Source: Acidimicrobiia bacterium (GTDB lineage Bacteria > Actinomycetota > Acidimicrobiia > Spongiisociales > ZC4RG35). Taken from it: a stretch of 64,000 nt of DNA. Below are positions 47,202-57,458 of this stretch, piece by piece. A program made the translations under genes and the position numbers. The stretch lies in contig DATKEA010000002.1 of the NCBI GenBank assembly GCA_035544615.1, positions 2,795-66,794 of the forward strand, given 5' to 3'. The notes below the pieces were generated by a model that was not told the origin of the DNA, ran no database searches, and saw only the letters and a list, made by a program, of their open reading frames with translations. How positions within the stretch are numbered: position 1 is the first letter of the stretch; each line of letters starts with the position of its first letter.

Positions 47202-49088
47202 GTGACCGAGTTCCTCTGGTTGGTTATCGCTCTACCTCTGGGCGGGGCGTTGCTCCTGCACTTCTTCGGGCGATACCTCAAGGGCCCGCTCAGCGGGTGG
47301 CTCGCTTCCGCGGCCGTCGCGGCCTCATTCGTGATCGGGGTCGTGGCCGCCTTGCCTTTCTTCCAGGGTGGGGAGCATGGCGTGACCGTCCTGCTGTGGG
47401 AGTGGATGCCGGCGATCGGTGCCAACCTCGAGCTGCACTGGGATCCGCTGGCTGCACTGATGACACTCGTGGTGACCGGGGTCGGGTCTCTCATCCACAT
47501 CTTCGCCATCGGCTACATGCATGGTGACGACCGGTTTCCGCGGTTCTTCACCTATCTCAACCTGTTCGCCGCTTCGATGCTGACCCTGGTGCTGGCGGGC
47601 AATTACGCCATGTTGTTCCTCGGCTGGGAGTTGGTCGGGCTTTGCTCCTATCTGCTGATTGGCTTCTGGTTCACCAAGCCGGCCCCGCCCGCCGCCGCCA
47701 AGAAGGCGTTCATCGTCAACCGGATCGGCGATTTCGGGTTCATGATCGGCCTCATGCTGGTGTTCACCGCGTTCGGGACCCTCTCCTATGCGGGGGTTTT
47801 CGAGCGGGCCGGCCAACAGTTGACCAGCGGCACCGCGACCGCGATCGGATTGCTCATCCTGGTCGGGGCGGCCGGCAAGTCGGCACAGATCCCTCTTTAT
47901 GTCTGGCTGCCCGATGCGATGGAGGGCCCGACCCCGGTCTCGGCCTTGATCCATGCCGCCACCATGGTCACCGCCGGGGTCTACGTCATCGCCCGCTCGG
48001 CGGCGATATATGAGCTCACACCCCTGGCGTCGACGGTGGTGGCGACGGTCGGGGCACTCACCGCCCTGTGGGCCGCCTCGATAGCGATCGCTCAGCGGGA
48101 CATAAAGAGGGTGCTCGCCTATTCGACCATCTCACAGCTCGGCTACATGTTCCTGGCGGTCGGGGCGACTGCCTATGTCGCCGGGATCTTCCACCTGATG
48201 ACCCACGCTTTCTTCAAGGCACTCCTCTTCCTCGGTGCCGGCTCCGTCATCCACGCCATGGGCGACGAACAGGACATGCACAAGATGGGGGGGCTCAGGC
48301 GGAAGATGCCGATAACCGCGGCGACCATGGGGGTGGCCACCCTTGCCATCGCCGGCCTTCCACCACTGGCCGGCTTCTGGTCCAAAGACGAGATCCTGGC
48401 CTCTTCGTTCGCCCGCGGCGGATGGTTCTCTTTCCTATGGATCATCGGGTTGATCACGGCCCTGCTCACTGCCTTCTATATGAGTCGTCAGTGGGTCCTG
48501 GTATTCCTCGGGGAGCCGCGCTGGGAGGAGTCGGCCCACCCCCACGAGTCGCCACGGGTCATGACCATCCCGCTGATCGTGCTCGCCATCCTGTCGGTCG
48601 TCGGGGGCCTGGTCAACACTCCGTTCCGGACCTCCTTGGAACACTTCTTGGAGCCGAGCTTCGAGCTGGTCAGCCTGCAACATCCCGACGAAGGATGGTT
48701 GATGTTCGCCTTGCTCGCCGGGTTGTCCGTGCTCGCCGGCCTGGTGGGAGTCGGCGTCGGTCTCCTCACCTATCGCCGACCTTTGGAGAGATGGCGTGGG
48801 TTCGAGGAGACCTTCGAGCCGCTGTGGGGCATCTGGGAAGAGGCCTACCGGGTGGATGACATGTACGGCCGAGTCCTGGTGGCGCCGGGCAAGAGAACTG
48901 CCGAGGTGGCCGCGTTCGACGTGGATGCCCGGCTCATCGACGGTTCGGTCAACGGGATCGGCAGGCTGGTGCGAAGTCTCGGCCAATGGGCACGACCGCT
49001 GCAAACAGGTTTCGTCCGCAACTACGGCGTGTTGTTCCTCGGCGGGACCTTGATCGTGGTGATCTGGCTGGTGGCGGGGGGAGCCTGA
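47202..49088 (+). CDS. nuoL: NADH-quinone oxidoreductase subunit L
   Basis: GTG at 47202 preceded by GAAGGGGGG. N-terminus TEFLWLVIALPLGGALLL is NuoL-like. It is an antiporter-like subunit (WELVGLCSYLLIGFW, SAQIPLYVWLPDAMEGPTPVSALIHAATMVTAGV). Confidence 0.9.
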   Translation: MTEFLWLVIALPLGGALLLHFFGRYLKGPLSGWLASAAVAASFVIGVVAALPFFQGGEHGVTVLLWEWMPAIGANLELHWDPLAALMTLVVTGVGSLIHIFAIGYMHGDDRFPRFFTYLNLFAASMLTLVLAGNYAMLFLGWELVGLCSYLLIGFWFTKPAPPAAAKKAFIVNRIGDFGFMIGLMLVFTAFGTLSYAGVFERAGQQLTSGTATAIGLLILVGAAGKSAQIPLYVWLPDAMEGPTPVSALIHAATMVTAGVYVIARSAAIYELTPLASTVVATVGALTALWAASIAIAQRDIKRVLAYSTISQLGYMFLAVGATAYVAGIFHLMTHAFFKALLFLGAGSVIHAMGDEQDMHKMGGLRRKMPITAATMGVATLAIAGLPPLAGFWSKDEILASSFARGGWFSFLWIIGLITALLTAFYMSRQWVLVFLGEPRWEESAHPHESPRVMTIPLIVLAILSVVGGLVNTPFRTSLEHFLEPSFELVSLQHPDEGWLMFALLAGLSVLAGLVGVGVGLLTYRRPLERWRGFEETFEPLWGIWEEAYRVDDMYGRVLVAPGKRTAEVAAFDVDARLIDGSVNGIGRLVRSLGQWARPLQTGFVRNYGVLFLGGTLIVVIWLVAGGA

Positions 49089-49089
49089 G

Positions 49090-50619
49090 ATGCTGACCGC
49101 CCTGATTGTCCTACCCGTGGCCGCCGCCATCGTCGTGGCCCTGGTCCCGGGTAGGCGTCGTGAGATCCATCTCCCGCTTGGGATAGCCCTCTCGGCGACA
49201 CCCCTGGCCCTCGCCGGTTACCTCTTCTGGGTGTTCGAGCCGGCCGCCGCGTACCAACAGGTGGAGCGCGCCATCTGGTACGAGCCGTGGGGGATCAGCT
49301 GGTACATCGGTGTCGACGGCATCTCGCTTCCGATGGTGGTCCTCACCGCGCTGTTGGTTCCGATCTCCCTGGCCGCTTCCACCTCGATCACCAATCGGAC
49401 CAAGGAATTCGTGGTCTACACGTTGTTGCTCGAGGCCGGCCTGATCGGTGCCTTCCTCGCCTTGGACCTATTCCTCTTCTTCGTGTTCTTCGAGGCGATC
49501 CTGATCCCGATGTACTTCATCATCGGTATCTGGGGTGGGGAGCGCCGGATCTACGCCGCAGTCAAGTTCTTCATTTACACCGCATTTGGGTCCGCTCTGA
49601 TGCTGGCCGCCATCATCGCCCTCGCCGCCAGCCATACCGCCGAGTTTGGGTTCACATCTTTCGCCCTCACCGACCTGGTCAACGCCGACCTGACCACCGG
49701 GGCAGAGCGATGGCTGTTCGCCGCATTCGCCATTGCCTTTGCCATCAAAGTCCCACTGTTCCCATTCCATACCTGGTTGCCCGACGCCCACGTCGAGGCG
49801 CCCACCGCGGGCTCGGTCCTGCTGGCCGCGGTGCTCCTGAAGCTGGGCACCTACGGTTTGCTCCGCTTCAACCTCAGTCTCTTCCCCGACGCATCGGTCG
49901 ACGCGGTGCCGATCATGGCGACGCTGGCAGTAATCGGGATCATCTACGGCGCTGTGGTCGCCATCGTCCAGCCCGACCTCAAGAAGCTAGTGGCCTATTC
50001 CTCGGTCAGCCATCTCGGGTTCATCGTGCTTGGGACCTTCGCCCTGACCTCGGGCGGCCTCCAGGGGGCGGTCATACAGAATCTCAACCATGGTCTCACC
50101 ACCGGCGCCCTGTTCCTCCTGGTGGGAATGCTCTACGACCGACGGCACACCAAGAGAATCGCCGATTTCGGGGGCCTGCAGAAGGTGATGCCGATCCTGG
50201 CGGGATTCTTCCTGTTCATGGCGTTCGCATCGATCGGGCTTCCCGGTCTCAACGGGTTCGTTGGAGAGTTCCTGGTATTGATCGGGAGCTTCCCCACCCT
50301 TCCCGGCTTCGTGATCGCGGCTGCCACCGGCGTGGTCCTCGCCGCCATCTACCTTCTGTGGGCCTATGAGCGGGTGTTCACCGGGGTGCCCGACAAGGAG
50401 GAGAACTCGATCCTCACCGACCTGTCGCCACGGGAGATCGGCCTGCTTGCCCCGTTGGCCGCCCTCATCGTGGTCATCGGTCTCTATCCCGGCTTCCTCT
50501 TGGATCGGATCACCCCTTCGACGGAGGCGGTCCTCGATCACATTGTGGATCAGACCGACTTCGTGATCCCCGAGCCGGGGCGGGTCGACGATGTGTTGGT
50601 TGCGGGGGACTCGTCGTGA
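49090..50619 (+). CDS. nuoM: NADH-quinone oxidoreductase subunit M
   Basis: Antiporter-like subunit with FPFHTWLPDAHVEAPTAGSVLLAAVLLKLG. It sits between nuoL and nuoN. Confidence 0.9.
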   Translation: MLTALIVLPVAAAIVVALVPGRRREIHLPLGIALSATPLALAGYLFWVFEPAAAYQQVERAIWYEPWGISWYIGVDGISLPMVVLTALLVPISLAASTSITNRTKEFVVYTLLLEAGLIGAFLALDLFLFFVFFEAILIPMYFIIGIWGGERRIYAAVKFFIYTAFGSALMLAAIIALAASHTAEFGFTSFALTDLVNADLTTGAERWLFAAFAIAFAIKVPLFPFHTWLPDAHVEAPTAGSVLLAAVLLKLGTYGLLRFNLSLFPDASVDAVPIMATLAVIGIIYGAVVAIVQPDLKKLVAYSSVSHLGFIVLGTFALTSGGLQGAVIQNLNHGLTTGALFLLVGMLYDRRHTKRIADFGGLQKVMPILAGFFLFMAFASIGLPGLNGFVGEFLVLIGSFPTLPGFVIAAATGVVLAAIYLLWAYERVFTGVPDKEENSILTDLSPREIGLLAPLAALIVVIGLYPGFLLDRITPSTEAVLDHIVDQTDFVIPEPGRVDDVLVAGDSS

Positions 50620-52076
50620 TCGCCACCCCCGAGATCTCATGGATCGCCATCGCTCCCGATCTGCTCTTGGCACTTGGTGCCGCGGCGGTGCTGCTCGTCG
50701 ACGTGCAATGGAAGCCACCGGCGCGAGTCCTGGCCTGGGTCGTCGGGGTGACGCTGGTTTCGGCGATCGGCTTCGCTGTCCTCCAGTGGTTCCAGGCCCA
50801 CGACGCAATGGCGGCCGGTGACTCGACCACCAGGATCGCTTTCTCAGGCCTGATCGTCATGGATGGGTTCGCAGTGTTCGCTCGTCTGGCTCTCCTGGCG
50901 GCGACGGCACTAGGCGTGATGGCTGGCTGGCGATTCGTCGTGAGCCTGGGCCGGCGAGGAGCGGAGGCACTAGCCCTGATTCTCCTGGCGACCGCCGGCT
51001 TCTCCTTGATGGTGGCCTCTAACAACCTGATCATGTTGTTCCTGGGGCTCGAGGTGGGCTCGATCGCGCTATATGTGCTCGCCGGGCTATCCCGGGAGCG
51101 ACCCGAGTCGGACGAGGCGGCCATCAAATACTTCCTGCTTGGGTCGTTCGCGTCGGCGATGTTCGTCTACGGGGTGGCCCTCATCTACGCGGGCACCCGT
51201 CAGTTCGAGATCCTCGAGATCAGGGGCTTTCTCGGGAACTTCATCGTCACCGAGCCGGCGGTCATCTACATCGGGATCGGGCTGGTCATCGCCGGTCTCG
51301 GTTTCAAGGTGTCGGCCGCCCCGTTTCACACCTGGGCACCCGACGTCTACCAGGGAGCGCCCGCCGGACTCGTCGGTTACATGGCTGCGGTTGCCAAGGT
51401 GGCGGGTTTCGCTGCCATTGCCCGTGTCCTGATAACCGCCCTCGGCGATCTGGATCTGACCTGGCTTCCGGTCGTCGCCGGTATTTCGGCTCTGTCGATG
51501 CTGCTCGGTTCGGTTCTGGCTCTGGTGCAAGGTGACCTGAGACGCTTGCTTGCCTATTCCGGTGTGGCCCACGCCGGGTTCATCATGACCGGTGTGGTCG
51601 GGGGCGCGTTCGATGCGATCCTTTTCTATTTGGCGGTTTACGCCATCCAGCTGGTTGGCTCGTTTGCGGTTGTGGCCGTCGTCAACGGGCCGGATGGCGC
51701 AGGCTCTGCGATCACTGATTATCGCGGTCTCGCCCGGCGGAGCCCGATGCTCGCCGCCTCATTCACCGTGCTCCTGCTCGGCATGGGCGGACTCCCGCTG
51801 ACGTCGGGATTCATAGCCAAGTTCGGTGTGTTCACCGAGGCCTGGGCCGGTGGCTACCAATGGCTGGTGATAGTGGCGGTGGTGGCTTCGGTGATCGCTT
51901 TTGCCTTCTACATCAGAGTGATAGTCGTCATGTACATGGACGAATCCATCGACCAGGTGGAGCTCTCGCTGGGGCCGGCACGGTGGGTGCTGGCTGTGGC
52001 TGTCGGGACGACGATTGTGTGGGGCATCTTCCCGACGTCGCTTCTCGAACTGGCAGCCGATGCACTACCTCTCTAG
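50616..52076 (+). CDS. nuoN: NADH-quinone oxidoreductase subunit N
   Basis: GTGA overlap with nuoM. Motif: AAPFHTWAPDVYQGAPAGLVGYMAAVAKVAGF. It is the last nuo gene. Confidence 0.9.
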   Translation: MIATPEISWIAIAPDLLLALGAAAVLLVDVQWKPPARVLAWVVGVTLVSAIGFAVLQWFQAHDAMAAGDSTTRIAFSGLIVMDGFAVFARLALLAATALGVMAGWRFVVSLGRRGAEALALILLATAGFSLMVASNNLIMLFLGLEVGSIALYVLAGLSRERPESDEAAIKYFLLGSFASAMFVYGVALIYAGTRQFEILEIRGFLGNFIVTEPAVIYIGIGLVIAGLGFKVSAAPFHTWAPDVYQGAPAGLVGYMAAVAKVAGFAAIARVLITALGDLDLTWLPVVAGISALSMLLGSVLALVQGDLRRLLAYSGVAHAGFIMTGVVGGAFDAILFYLAVYAIQLVGSFAVVAVVNGPDGAGSAITDYRGLARRSPMLAASFTVLLLGMGGLPLTSGFIAKFGVFTEAWAGGYQWLVIVAVVASVIAFAFYIRVIVVMYMDESIDQVELSLGPARWVLAVAVGTTIVWGIFPTSLLELAADALPL

Positions 52077-53226
52077 AACGGCGGTGATCGCCGGGTTCTC
52101 GATGCTCTATCTGCTCGCTGTCGTGGCACCGGTCTCGGCGGCGGAGACCGCCTCTTCGGAGCTCGTCATCATCAGGGAAGGTGACACCCTCGAAGGGGAC
52201 TTCTATGCCACCGGGGTGCGGATCATCATCGAAGGCGTGATCAACGGCGACTTGACGGCCTTCGCAGCCGAGGAGGTGACTATCTCGGGCCAGGTCACGG
52301 GAAGTGTCGTCGCGGTGGCTCCGACGGTGACCGTGAGCGGCGACGTTGGCGGAGCGGTGCGCACCACGGCCAACGTTCTCGAGGTGTCAGGCTCGGTGGG
52401 CAGCGACCTGGTAGCTGCCGCGGTCGGCGCGGGACTCCGCTCGGGCTCCGTGGTGGGAGGCGACGTCGTCGTCTGGGCGGTCAACCTCGAAGCAGCAGGC
52501 ACCATCGGATCCAACCTGGAAGGCACCCAGCGGACAACTCGTATGGAGGGCACCGTCAACGGCGACGTCGAGATCAGCCTGCGTCGTCTGATCGTCACCG
52601 GCCCCCTCGAAGTGGCGGGGGACCTCGGGTATCGATCCGAGATCGAGGCCGACGGTTTGGACCAGGCGACGGTGGGCGGAGTGACGGTCCACAAGGTCCC
52701 GTTCCCTCCCAACATCAGGATCCGGGCTCTCGGCCTTCTCGCCAGGCTTCTCGCCATCCTGGGCCTGACGACGGCCGCAGTGCTTGTGGGCTGGAGTTGG
52801 CCAGACCGCACCAGACGCGCCGCGGAGCAAGCGCGCGGGCAACTGCTGAAGGCCTACGGCTTCGGGGCCCTGGTCATGCTCTCACCGTTCCTGCTCGGTG
52901 GCGTGGCCGCCTTGATCGCAGGCTTGACACCGGCGGCGGCCAGCCTCCCGCTCCTGGCCATCTTCGGACCCCTCGTCGTGGCCACCGCCGGCCTGGTTCT
53001 GGTGCTGTCACTGGTCGCCGGGGTCCCGTCGGTGCTGGCCCTGGGGGAGCTCTTGCCCCGAAAACTCGGCCTTTATGGCTCGATTCTCGCCGGCTCGGCG
53101 CTCGTCGCCCTTCTGTGGATGGTTCCTCTCGTCGGCTGGCTGGTGCCCCTGCTGGTGCTGCCCACCGGTCTCGGGGCATGGATGCTCAGCTTCCGCCAGG
53201 ATCCGTCGGTCACCACCGGGCGCTAG
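52060..53226 (+). CDS. Membrane protein with bactofilin-like (polymer-forming, beta-helical G-x-V/I repeat) exo-domain and C-terminal polytopic region
   Basis: Signal/TM N-terminus, ~200 aa of repeats (GDFYATGVRIIIEGVINGDL, ISGQVTGSVV, VSGDVGGAV, VSGSVGSDLV, VVGGDVVV, MEGTVNGDVEI), then ~5 TM helices. Its start overlaps the nuoN end by 17 nt. Confidence 0.6.
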   Translation: MHYLSRTAVIAGFSMLYLLAVVAPVSAAETASSELVIIREGDTLEGDFYATGVRIIIEGVINGDLTAFAAEEVTISGQVTGSVVAVAPTVTVSGDVGGAVRTTANVLEVSGSVGSDLVAAAVGAGLRSGSVVGGDVVVWAVNLEAAGTIGSNLEGTQRTTRMEGTVNGDVEISLRRLIVTGPLEVAGDLGYRSEIEADGLDQATVGGVTVHKVPFPPNIRIRALGLLARLLAILGLTTAAVLVGWSWPDRTRRAAEQARGQLLKAYGFGALVMLSPFLLGGVAALIAGLTPAAASLPLLAIFGPLVVATAGLVLVLSLVAGVPSVLALGELLPRKLGLYGSILAGSALVALLWMVPLVGWLVPLLVLPTGLGAWMLSFRQDPSVTTGR

Positions 53227-55589
53227 ACGACCTCGACACTCCCGTGGAAGGTCTTCTCGGCGGGTCGCCCACTCGGGTCGGGCACCATGGTGAACATGCC
53301 CGCCTCGACCAAGTCCCGGGAGGATGTTCCCACCAGGACCTCGATCTGTCCCGGTTCGACCACGTACCGGATATCTCGGTCATGGAACCCGAGCTGCGCC
53401 GCTGGGAGCCGGAATGTGATCTGCGTGGAGTCCCCGGCCGGCAGCTCGACACGGGCGAAGCTCTTGAGCTCCAACACGGGTCTGGTCACACTCGCCACCG
53501 GGTCGCGGACATAGACTTGCACCACCTCGTCTCCTTCTCGGGTTCCCTCGTTGGACAGGGTGGCGGTGACCGTCACCTCGGCATTCCATGAGACAACGTC
53601 AGGAGCGACCGCGATTTCACTGAGCTGGAACGAGGTGTAGCTGAGCCCGTGACCGAACGGGTAGAGCGGTGCCACCGGGCCGTCGACGTAGTCACCTTTC
53701 CAGTGAGATCTGCCGCCCGAGATCTTGTGGCTGTAGTAGACGGGTATCTGACCTGCCGAGCGCGGGTAGGAGATCGGCAGCTTTCCACCGGGATTGGTCA
53801 CACCGGTGAGGACATCGGCGATGGCTGAGGCGCCTTCCTGTCCCGGGAACCACGCCATGACCACGGCAGCACAATTCTCGTGAATCCAAGGACTTCCCCC
53901 GGGTCGTCCCGTGACGAGAACCAGGATGACGGGCGTCCCGGTGGCGACCACGGCCCGGACGAGGTCCTCCTGGACCCCGGGCAGGTCGAGGTTCAGTCGG
54001 TCACGGCCTTCTCCACTGGTGCAATCCTCGGTCAGGCCGGCCTTGTCGCCCATGACCATGACCGCCATGTCGCAGCTCGAAGCCAACGCCACTGCTTCGG
54101 CAAAGCCTTCGGTCGAGCTCCCGTTGATGTCACAGCCGCGGGCGTACTTCACCTTCGACCCGAGTCTCTCCTCGAGTGCCTCTCGGACGGTGGTGACACT
54201 CACTTTGGCGTCCTCGGGATCGAGCCCATCGGCGAATGGGACGGAGAACACGTTCTCCCGATTCTTCATCTCGAGCAGGGCCTCGATGTGTGCTGGATAG
54301 GTGTAGTCCCCGAAGAGATTCCGTCCGTCGTCGGCGTTGGGGCCGATCACCGCGATCGAATCGATCCCGGTCGGAAGCGGGAGGGCCCTATCGTTGCGAA
54401 GCAGGACGATGCTCTTCGCCGCTATGGAGCGGGCCAGGTGGCGATGGGTGGGCGTGTCGGTCATGGCGGGACCTTGCTCAGGATCGACAAACGGGTTCTC
54501 GAACAGGCCGAGCTCGAACTTCGTTTGGAGGACTCTTGCCACTGCGTCGTCGACCGTGATCTCATTCAACAGACCCGAATGGACGGCGTCGAGCAGGGGT
54601 TGCCCGTAACAGTCGGTGCCGGGGAGCTCGACGTCGATCCCGGCGGTCAAAGCCAGCGTCGCCGCCTCGGAATCGCTTCCGGCCACCTGGTGATAGTCGA
54701 GTAGCTGTCGGACCGCGAAGTAGTCCGACACCACGTAGCCGCCGAATCCCCATGTATCTCGAAGAAGACCGGTGAGCAGGTCCCGGTCGGCGCCACAGGG
54801 GACGCCGTCGAGCTCGTGGTAACCGTTCATCACAGACCGCGCTCCCGAGGTCTTCACTGCGGCTTCGAATGGATGCAGGTAGACGTCGTGAAGCTCGCGG
54901 GTCGGGATATGCGCCGGCGCCCAGTTGAGACCACCTTCGGATGCTCCGTATCCGACGAAGTGCTTCGCGGTCGCGATCACTCCATGGGCCAGGTCGTCGC
55001 CCTGAAGCCCGAGTACGAACGACATTCCCATCATGGCGACCAGATGGGGGTCTTCGCCAAATGTCTCCTCGGTCCGCCCCCATCTCGGGTCACGAGCGAT
55101 GTCGAGCACCGGCGACAGGCCCTGGTGAGCGCCCATGGCCCGCATTTGGGCCTGTACCGCTTCGGCGACTTCCCGTGCAAGTTCGGGCTGCCAGGTGCTG
55201 GCGATCCCAATGGCCTGGGGGAACACTGTTGCCCCCCGCGCCATCAGGCCGGAGCAGATCTCCTCGTGGACTATGGCCGGGATTCCGAGCCGGGTCTGTT
55301 CGAGGAGATGGCGTTGGATGGCATTGGCGACCCGGGCCGCATCCCTCGAATCGAGATTGCTCGCCCCCGAGATTCGAGTCACGTGCCCCAGACCATCGCG
55401 CAGGATCTGGGATGCCTTGTCCGGCGCGAGCTCCCCACCGTCGAGGAGCTGGAAAACCCACGCGCTGCCCAACTGTGCCACTTTCTCTTCGAGGGTCATT
55501 CGCTCAAGCAGGTCTTGGACACGCGTCGCTATAGGTCGGTTCGGGTCCTGATAGACAGCCGGCCCGCTGCCCTCGGTGATTGCAGTCAT
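53223..55589 (-). CDS. Glycoside hydrolase family 3 beta-glucosidase
   Basis: The ATG at 55589 gives MTAITEG...LTLEEKVAQLGS. GH3 motifs: GLSPVLDIARDPRWGRTEETFGEDP, GGYVVSDYFAV (nucleophile Asp) and a C-terminal Fn3-like domain. The ORF-track extension to 56264 overlaps the permease gene and is rejected. Confidence 0.9.
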   Translation of the reverse strand: MTAITEGSGPAVYQDPNRPIATRVQDLLERMTLEEKVAQLGSAWVFQLLDGGELAPDKASQILRDGLGHVTRISGASNLDSRDAARVANAIQRHLLEQTRLGIPAIVHEEICSGLMARGATVFPQAIGIASTWQPELAREVAEAVQAQMRAMGAHQGLSPVLDIARDPRWGRTEETFGEDPHLVAMMGMSFVLGLQGDDLAHGVIATAKHFVGYGASEGGLNWAPAHIPTRELHDVYLHPFEAAVKTSGARSVMNGYHELDGVPCGADRDLLTGLLRDTWGFGGYVVSDYFAVRQLLDYHQVAGSDSEAATLALTAGIDVELPGTDCYGQPLLDAVHSGLLNEITVDDAVARVLQTKFELGLFENPFVDPEQGPAMTDTPTHRHLARSIAAKSIVLLRNDRALPLPTGIDSIAVIGPNADDGRNLFGDYTYPAHIEALLEMKNRENVFSVPFADGLDPEDAKVSVTTVREALEERLGSKVKYARGCDINGSSTEGFAEAVALASSCDMAVMVMGDKAGLTEDCTSGEGRDRLNLDLPGVQEDLVRAVVATGTPVILVLVTGRPGGSPWIHENCAAVVMAWFPGQEGASAIADVLTGVTNPGGKLPISYPRSAGQIPVYYSHKISGGRSHWKGDYVDGPVAPLYPFGHGLSYTSFQLSEIAVAPDVVSWNAEVTVTATLSNEGTREGDEVVQVYVRDPVASVTRPVLELKSFARVELPAGDSTQITFRLPAAQLGFHDRDIRYVVEPGQIEVLVGTSSRDLVEAGMFTMVPDPSGRPAEKTFHGSVEVV

Positions 55590-56443
55590 CCTTTGACACC
55601 TCCGGCGGTGAGTCCGCTCACTATCTGACGTTGAGCGATGAAATAGAAAACCAAGGCGGGGACCATCGCCAACGTGGTGTAGGCCAGCACCACCGCGTAA
55701 TCGGTCACGTACTGTGCCGAGACATTGTTTACTCCGATAGGCAAGCTCCACTGGTCGGGTTGGATCAAGACCAGGAGCGGGAGCAGGAAGGCATTCCAGC
55801 TGCCCACGACTGTGAGCACGGCGATGGTGCTCATGACCGGCCGGGACAAAGGGAGCATGACCGACCAATAGAAGCGCAACGGACCGCATCCGTCGATAGC
55901 CGCGGCATCCTCGAGGTCCCGAGGGATGCTGCGAAAGAAGGGCCGCAGGATGACGATCGACAACGGCAAGCCGAACGCGGCCTGGGGCAGGGCAACCCCG
56001 AGCGGGTTGTTGAGCAGACCGGTCTGACGGAGGGTGATGAACAGGGGGAGGATGGCCACGGCCACCGGGAACAAGAGACCGAGTGTGAACAGGATGTAGA
56101 TGGCCTCCCGGCCCCGGAACCTGTAACGGGCGATCACGAAAGCCGCCAAAGACGCGGTCGGCAAGACCAGGGCCGTTGTGGCCAGGGCGATGACCAGGCT
56201 GTTCCTGACCTGACCATAGAAGGAGGGACTTCTCAACGTATCCAGGTAGTTGGAGAAGACCCATGGGTCGGGCATGCCCACGGGGCTTGCGGCCAGTTGG
56301 CCCGTGGTGCGGAAGCCTCCCAGCACCGAGAAGGACAGGGGAACGATGATCACCAATAGGACCACCACCGCCACGGTGTAGAGGATGCCGCGGTTCACAG
56401 TGCGTCTGAGCGGGTGCCGTCGGGTGGCTGTTGCCGTCGTCAT
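55586..56443 (-). CDS. Carbohydrate ABC transporter permease (MalG/CebG-like)
   Basis: Six TM segments and the EAA-like loop DLEDAAAIDGCGPLRFYWSVMLP. ATGA overlap with the GH3 start. Confidence 0.9.
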   Translation of the reverse strand: MTTATATRRHPLRRTVNRGILYTVAVVVLLVIIVPLSFSVLGGFRTTGQLAASPVGMPDPWVFSNYLDTLRSPSFYGQVRNSLVIALATTALVLPTASLAAFVIARYRFRGREAIYILFTLGLLFPVAVAILPLFITLRQTGLLNNPLGVALPQAAFGLPLSIVILRPFFRSIPRDLEDAAAIDGCGPLRFYWSVMLPLSRPVMSTIAVLTVVGSWNAFLLPLLVLIQPDQWSLPIGVNNVSAQYVTDYAVVLAYTTLAMVPALVFYFIAQRQIVSGLTAGGVKG

Positions 56444-57384
56444 CCTGTCAGGGCTCCCTGGAGGTCACGTCTCAGGACGAACCGCTGGTAGAGGAGAGCA
56501 ACGATCAGCGACAGCCCGAAAACGATGACCGAGACCGCGCTCGCATACCCGAACTGCCCGCGTCGAAAGCCCCAGTCGACCAGGTAGGTGGCCATGGTCG
56601 ACGAGGCATTGATCGGCCCCCCTTTGGTGGTGACCCAGATCAGGTCGAAGAGCTGGAGAGCGCCGATGATGGAGAGAAACATCGAGACGCGGATGGTGGG
56701 GCCGAGCAACGGGAGAGTCACGTAGCGAAATCCCTGCCACCAGCTGGCCCCGTCGATCGAAGCCGCCTCCTCGAGCTCATTCGGGATGAGTTGGAGCCCG
56801 GCCAGGATCAGGATCATGTGGAACCCGAAGTACTTCCAGGAGATGACGAAGAACAGGCTGTAGAGGACGATGCTGGGATCCGCCAGCCATTCCTGGGTCA
56901 AGCCGTCGGCTCCGACCGACCCCAGCAACCGGTCGATCAGCCCGTCCGGGCGCAGGATCTGACGCCAGACGACACCGGTGACCACCTCGGAGAGCACATA
57001 GGGAGCAAAGAACATGGTCCGGAACACCCCCCTGCCTTTGAGGTTTCTGCTGAGGAGCACCGCCAAGCCGACCGCGAACGGTATCTGCACCACAAGGGAG
57101 AGGCCGGCGATGATGGCGTTGTGCTGGATCGCCTCGATGAAGAGCGGGTCAGCGAGGGCGGTTCTGAAGTTCTCGAGGCCGACCCAGTTGGTCAGAGGTT
57201 CCAGGCCGTTCCAGCTGAACCCGCTGTAGCGAATGCTCTGTGTGATCGGATAGAGGACGAAGACGGTATACAGAGTGAGGGCGGGGAGTAGGAATCCTGC
57301 GATCACCGGCCACGGCGCAACACCGGGCACTCCTTTGAGTGGCCGGCGCTCCGTCTTGGTGTCGACGGTCTTGTGGGTGGTCAA
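56440..57384 (-). CDS. Carbohydrate ABC transporter permease (MalF/CebF-like)
   Basis: Polytopic, with the EAA loop ELEEAASIDGASWWQGFRYVTLP. It overlaps the downstream permease by 4 nt. Confidence 0.9.
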   Translation of the reverse strand: MTTHKTVDTKTERRPLKGVPGVAPWPVIAGFLLPALTLYTVFVLYPITQSIRYSGFSWNGLEPLTNWVGLENFRTALADPLFIEAIQHNAIIAGLSLVVQIPFAVGLAVLLSRNLKGRGVFRTMFFAPYVLSEVVTGVVWRQILRPDGLIDRLLGSVGADGLTQEWLADPSIVLYSLFFVISWKYFGFHMILILAGLQLIPNELEEAASIDGASWWQGFRYVTLPLLGPTIRVSMFLSIIGALQLFDLIWVTTKGGPINASSTMATYLVDWGFRRGQFGYASAVSVIVFGLSLIVALLYQRFVLRRDLQGALTG

Positions 57385-57458
57385 GATCGGCTCATGCGGT
57401 AATGGAGGGTCGCCGGGAACGGCGACCCTCCATGTATCTGTTCACACTATGGCCAGGC

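Noticed and set aside
55590-56264. N-terminal extension of the GH3 ORF (ORF track 53223..56264)
   Set aside because: The extension overlaps the ABC permease gene in another frame and translates to Pro/Arg/Gly-rich sequence. A canonical GH3 N-terminus starts at ATG 55589, with an ATGA overlap to the permease stop.
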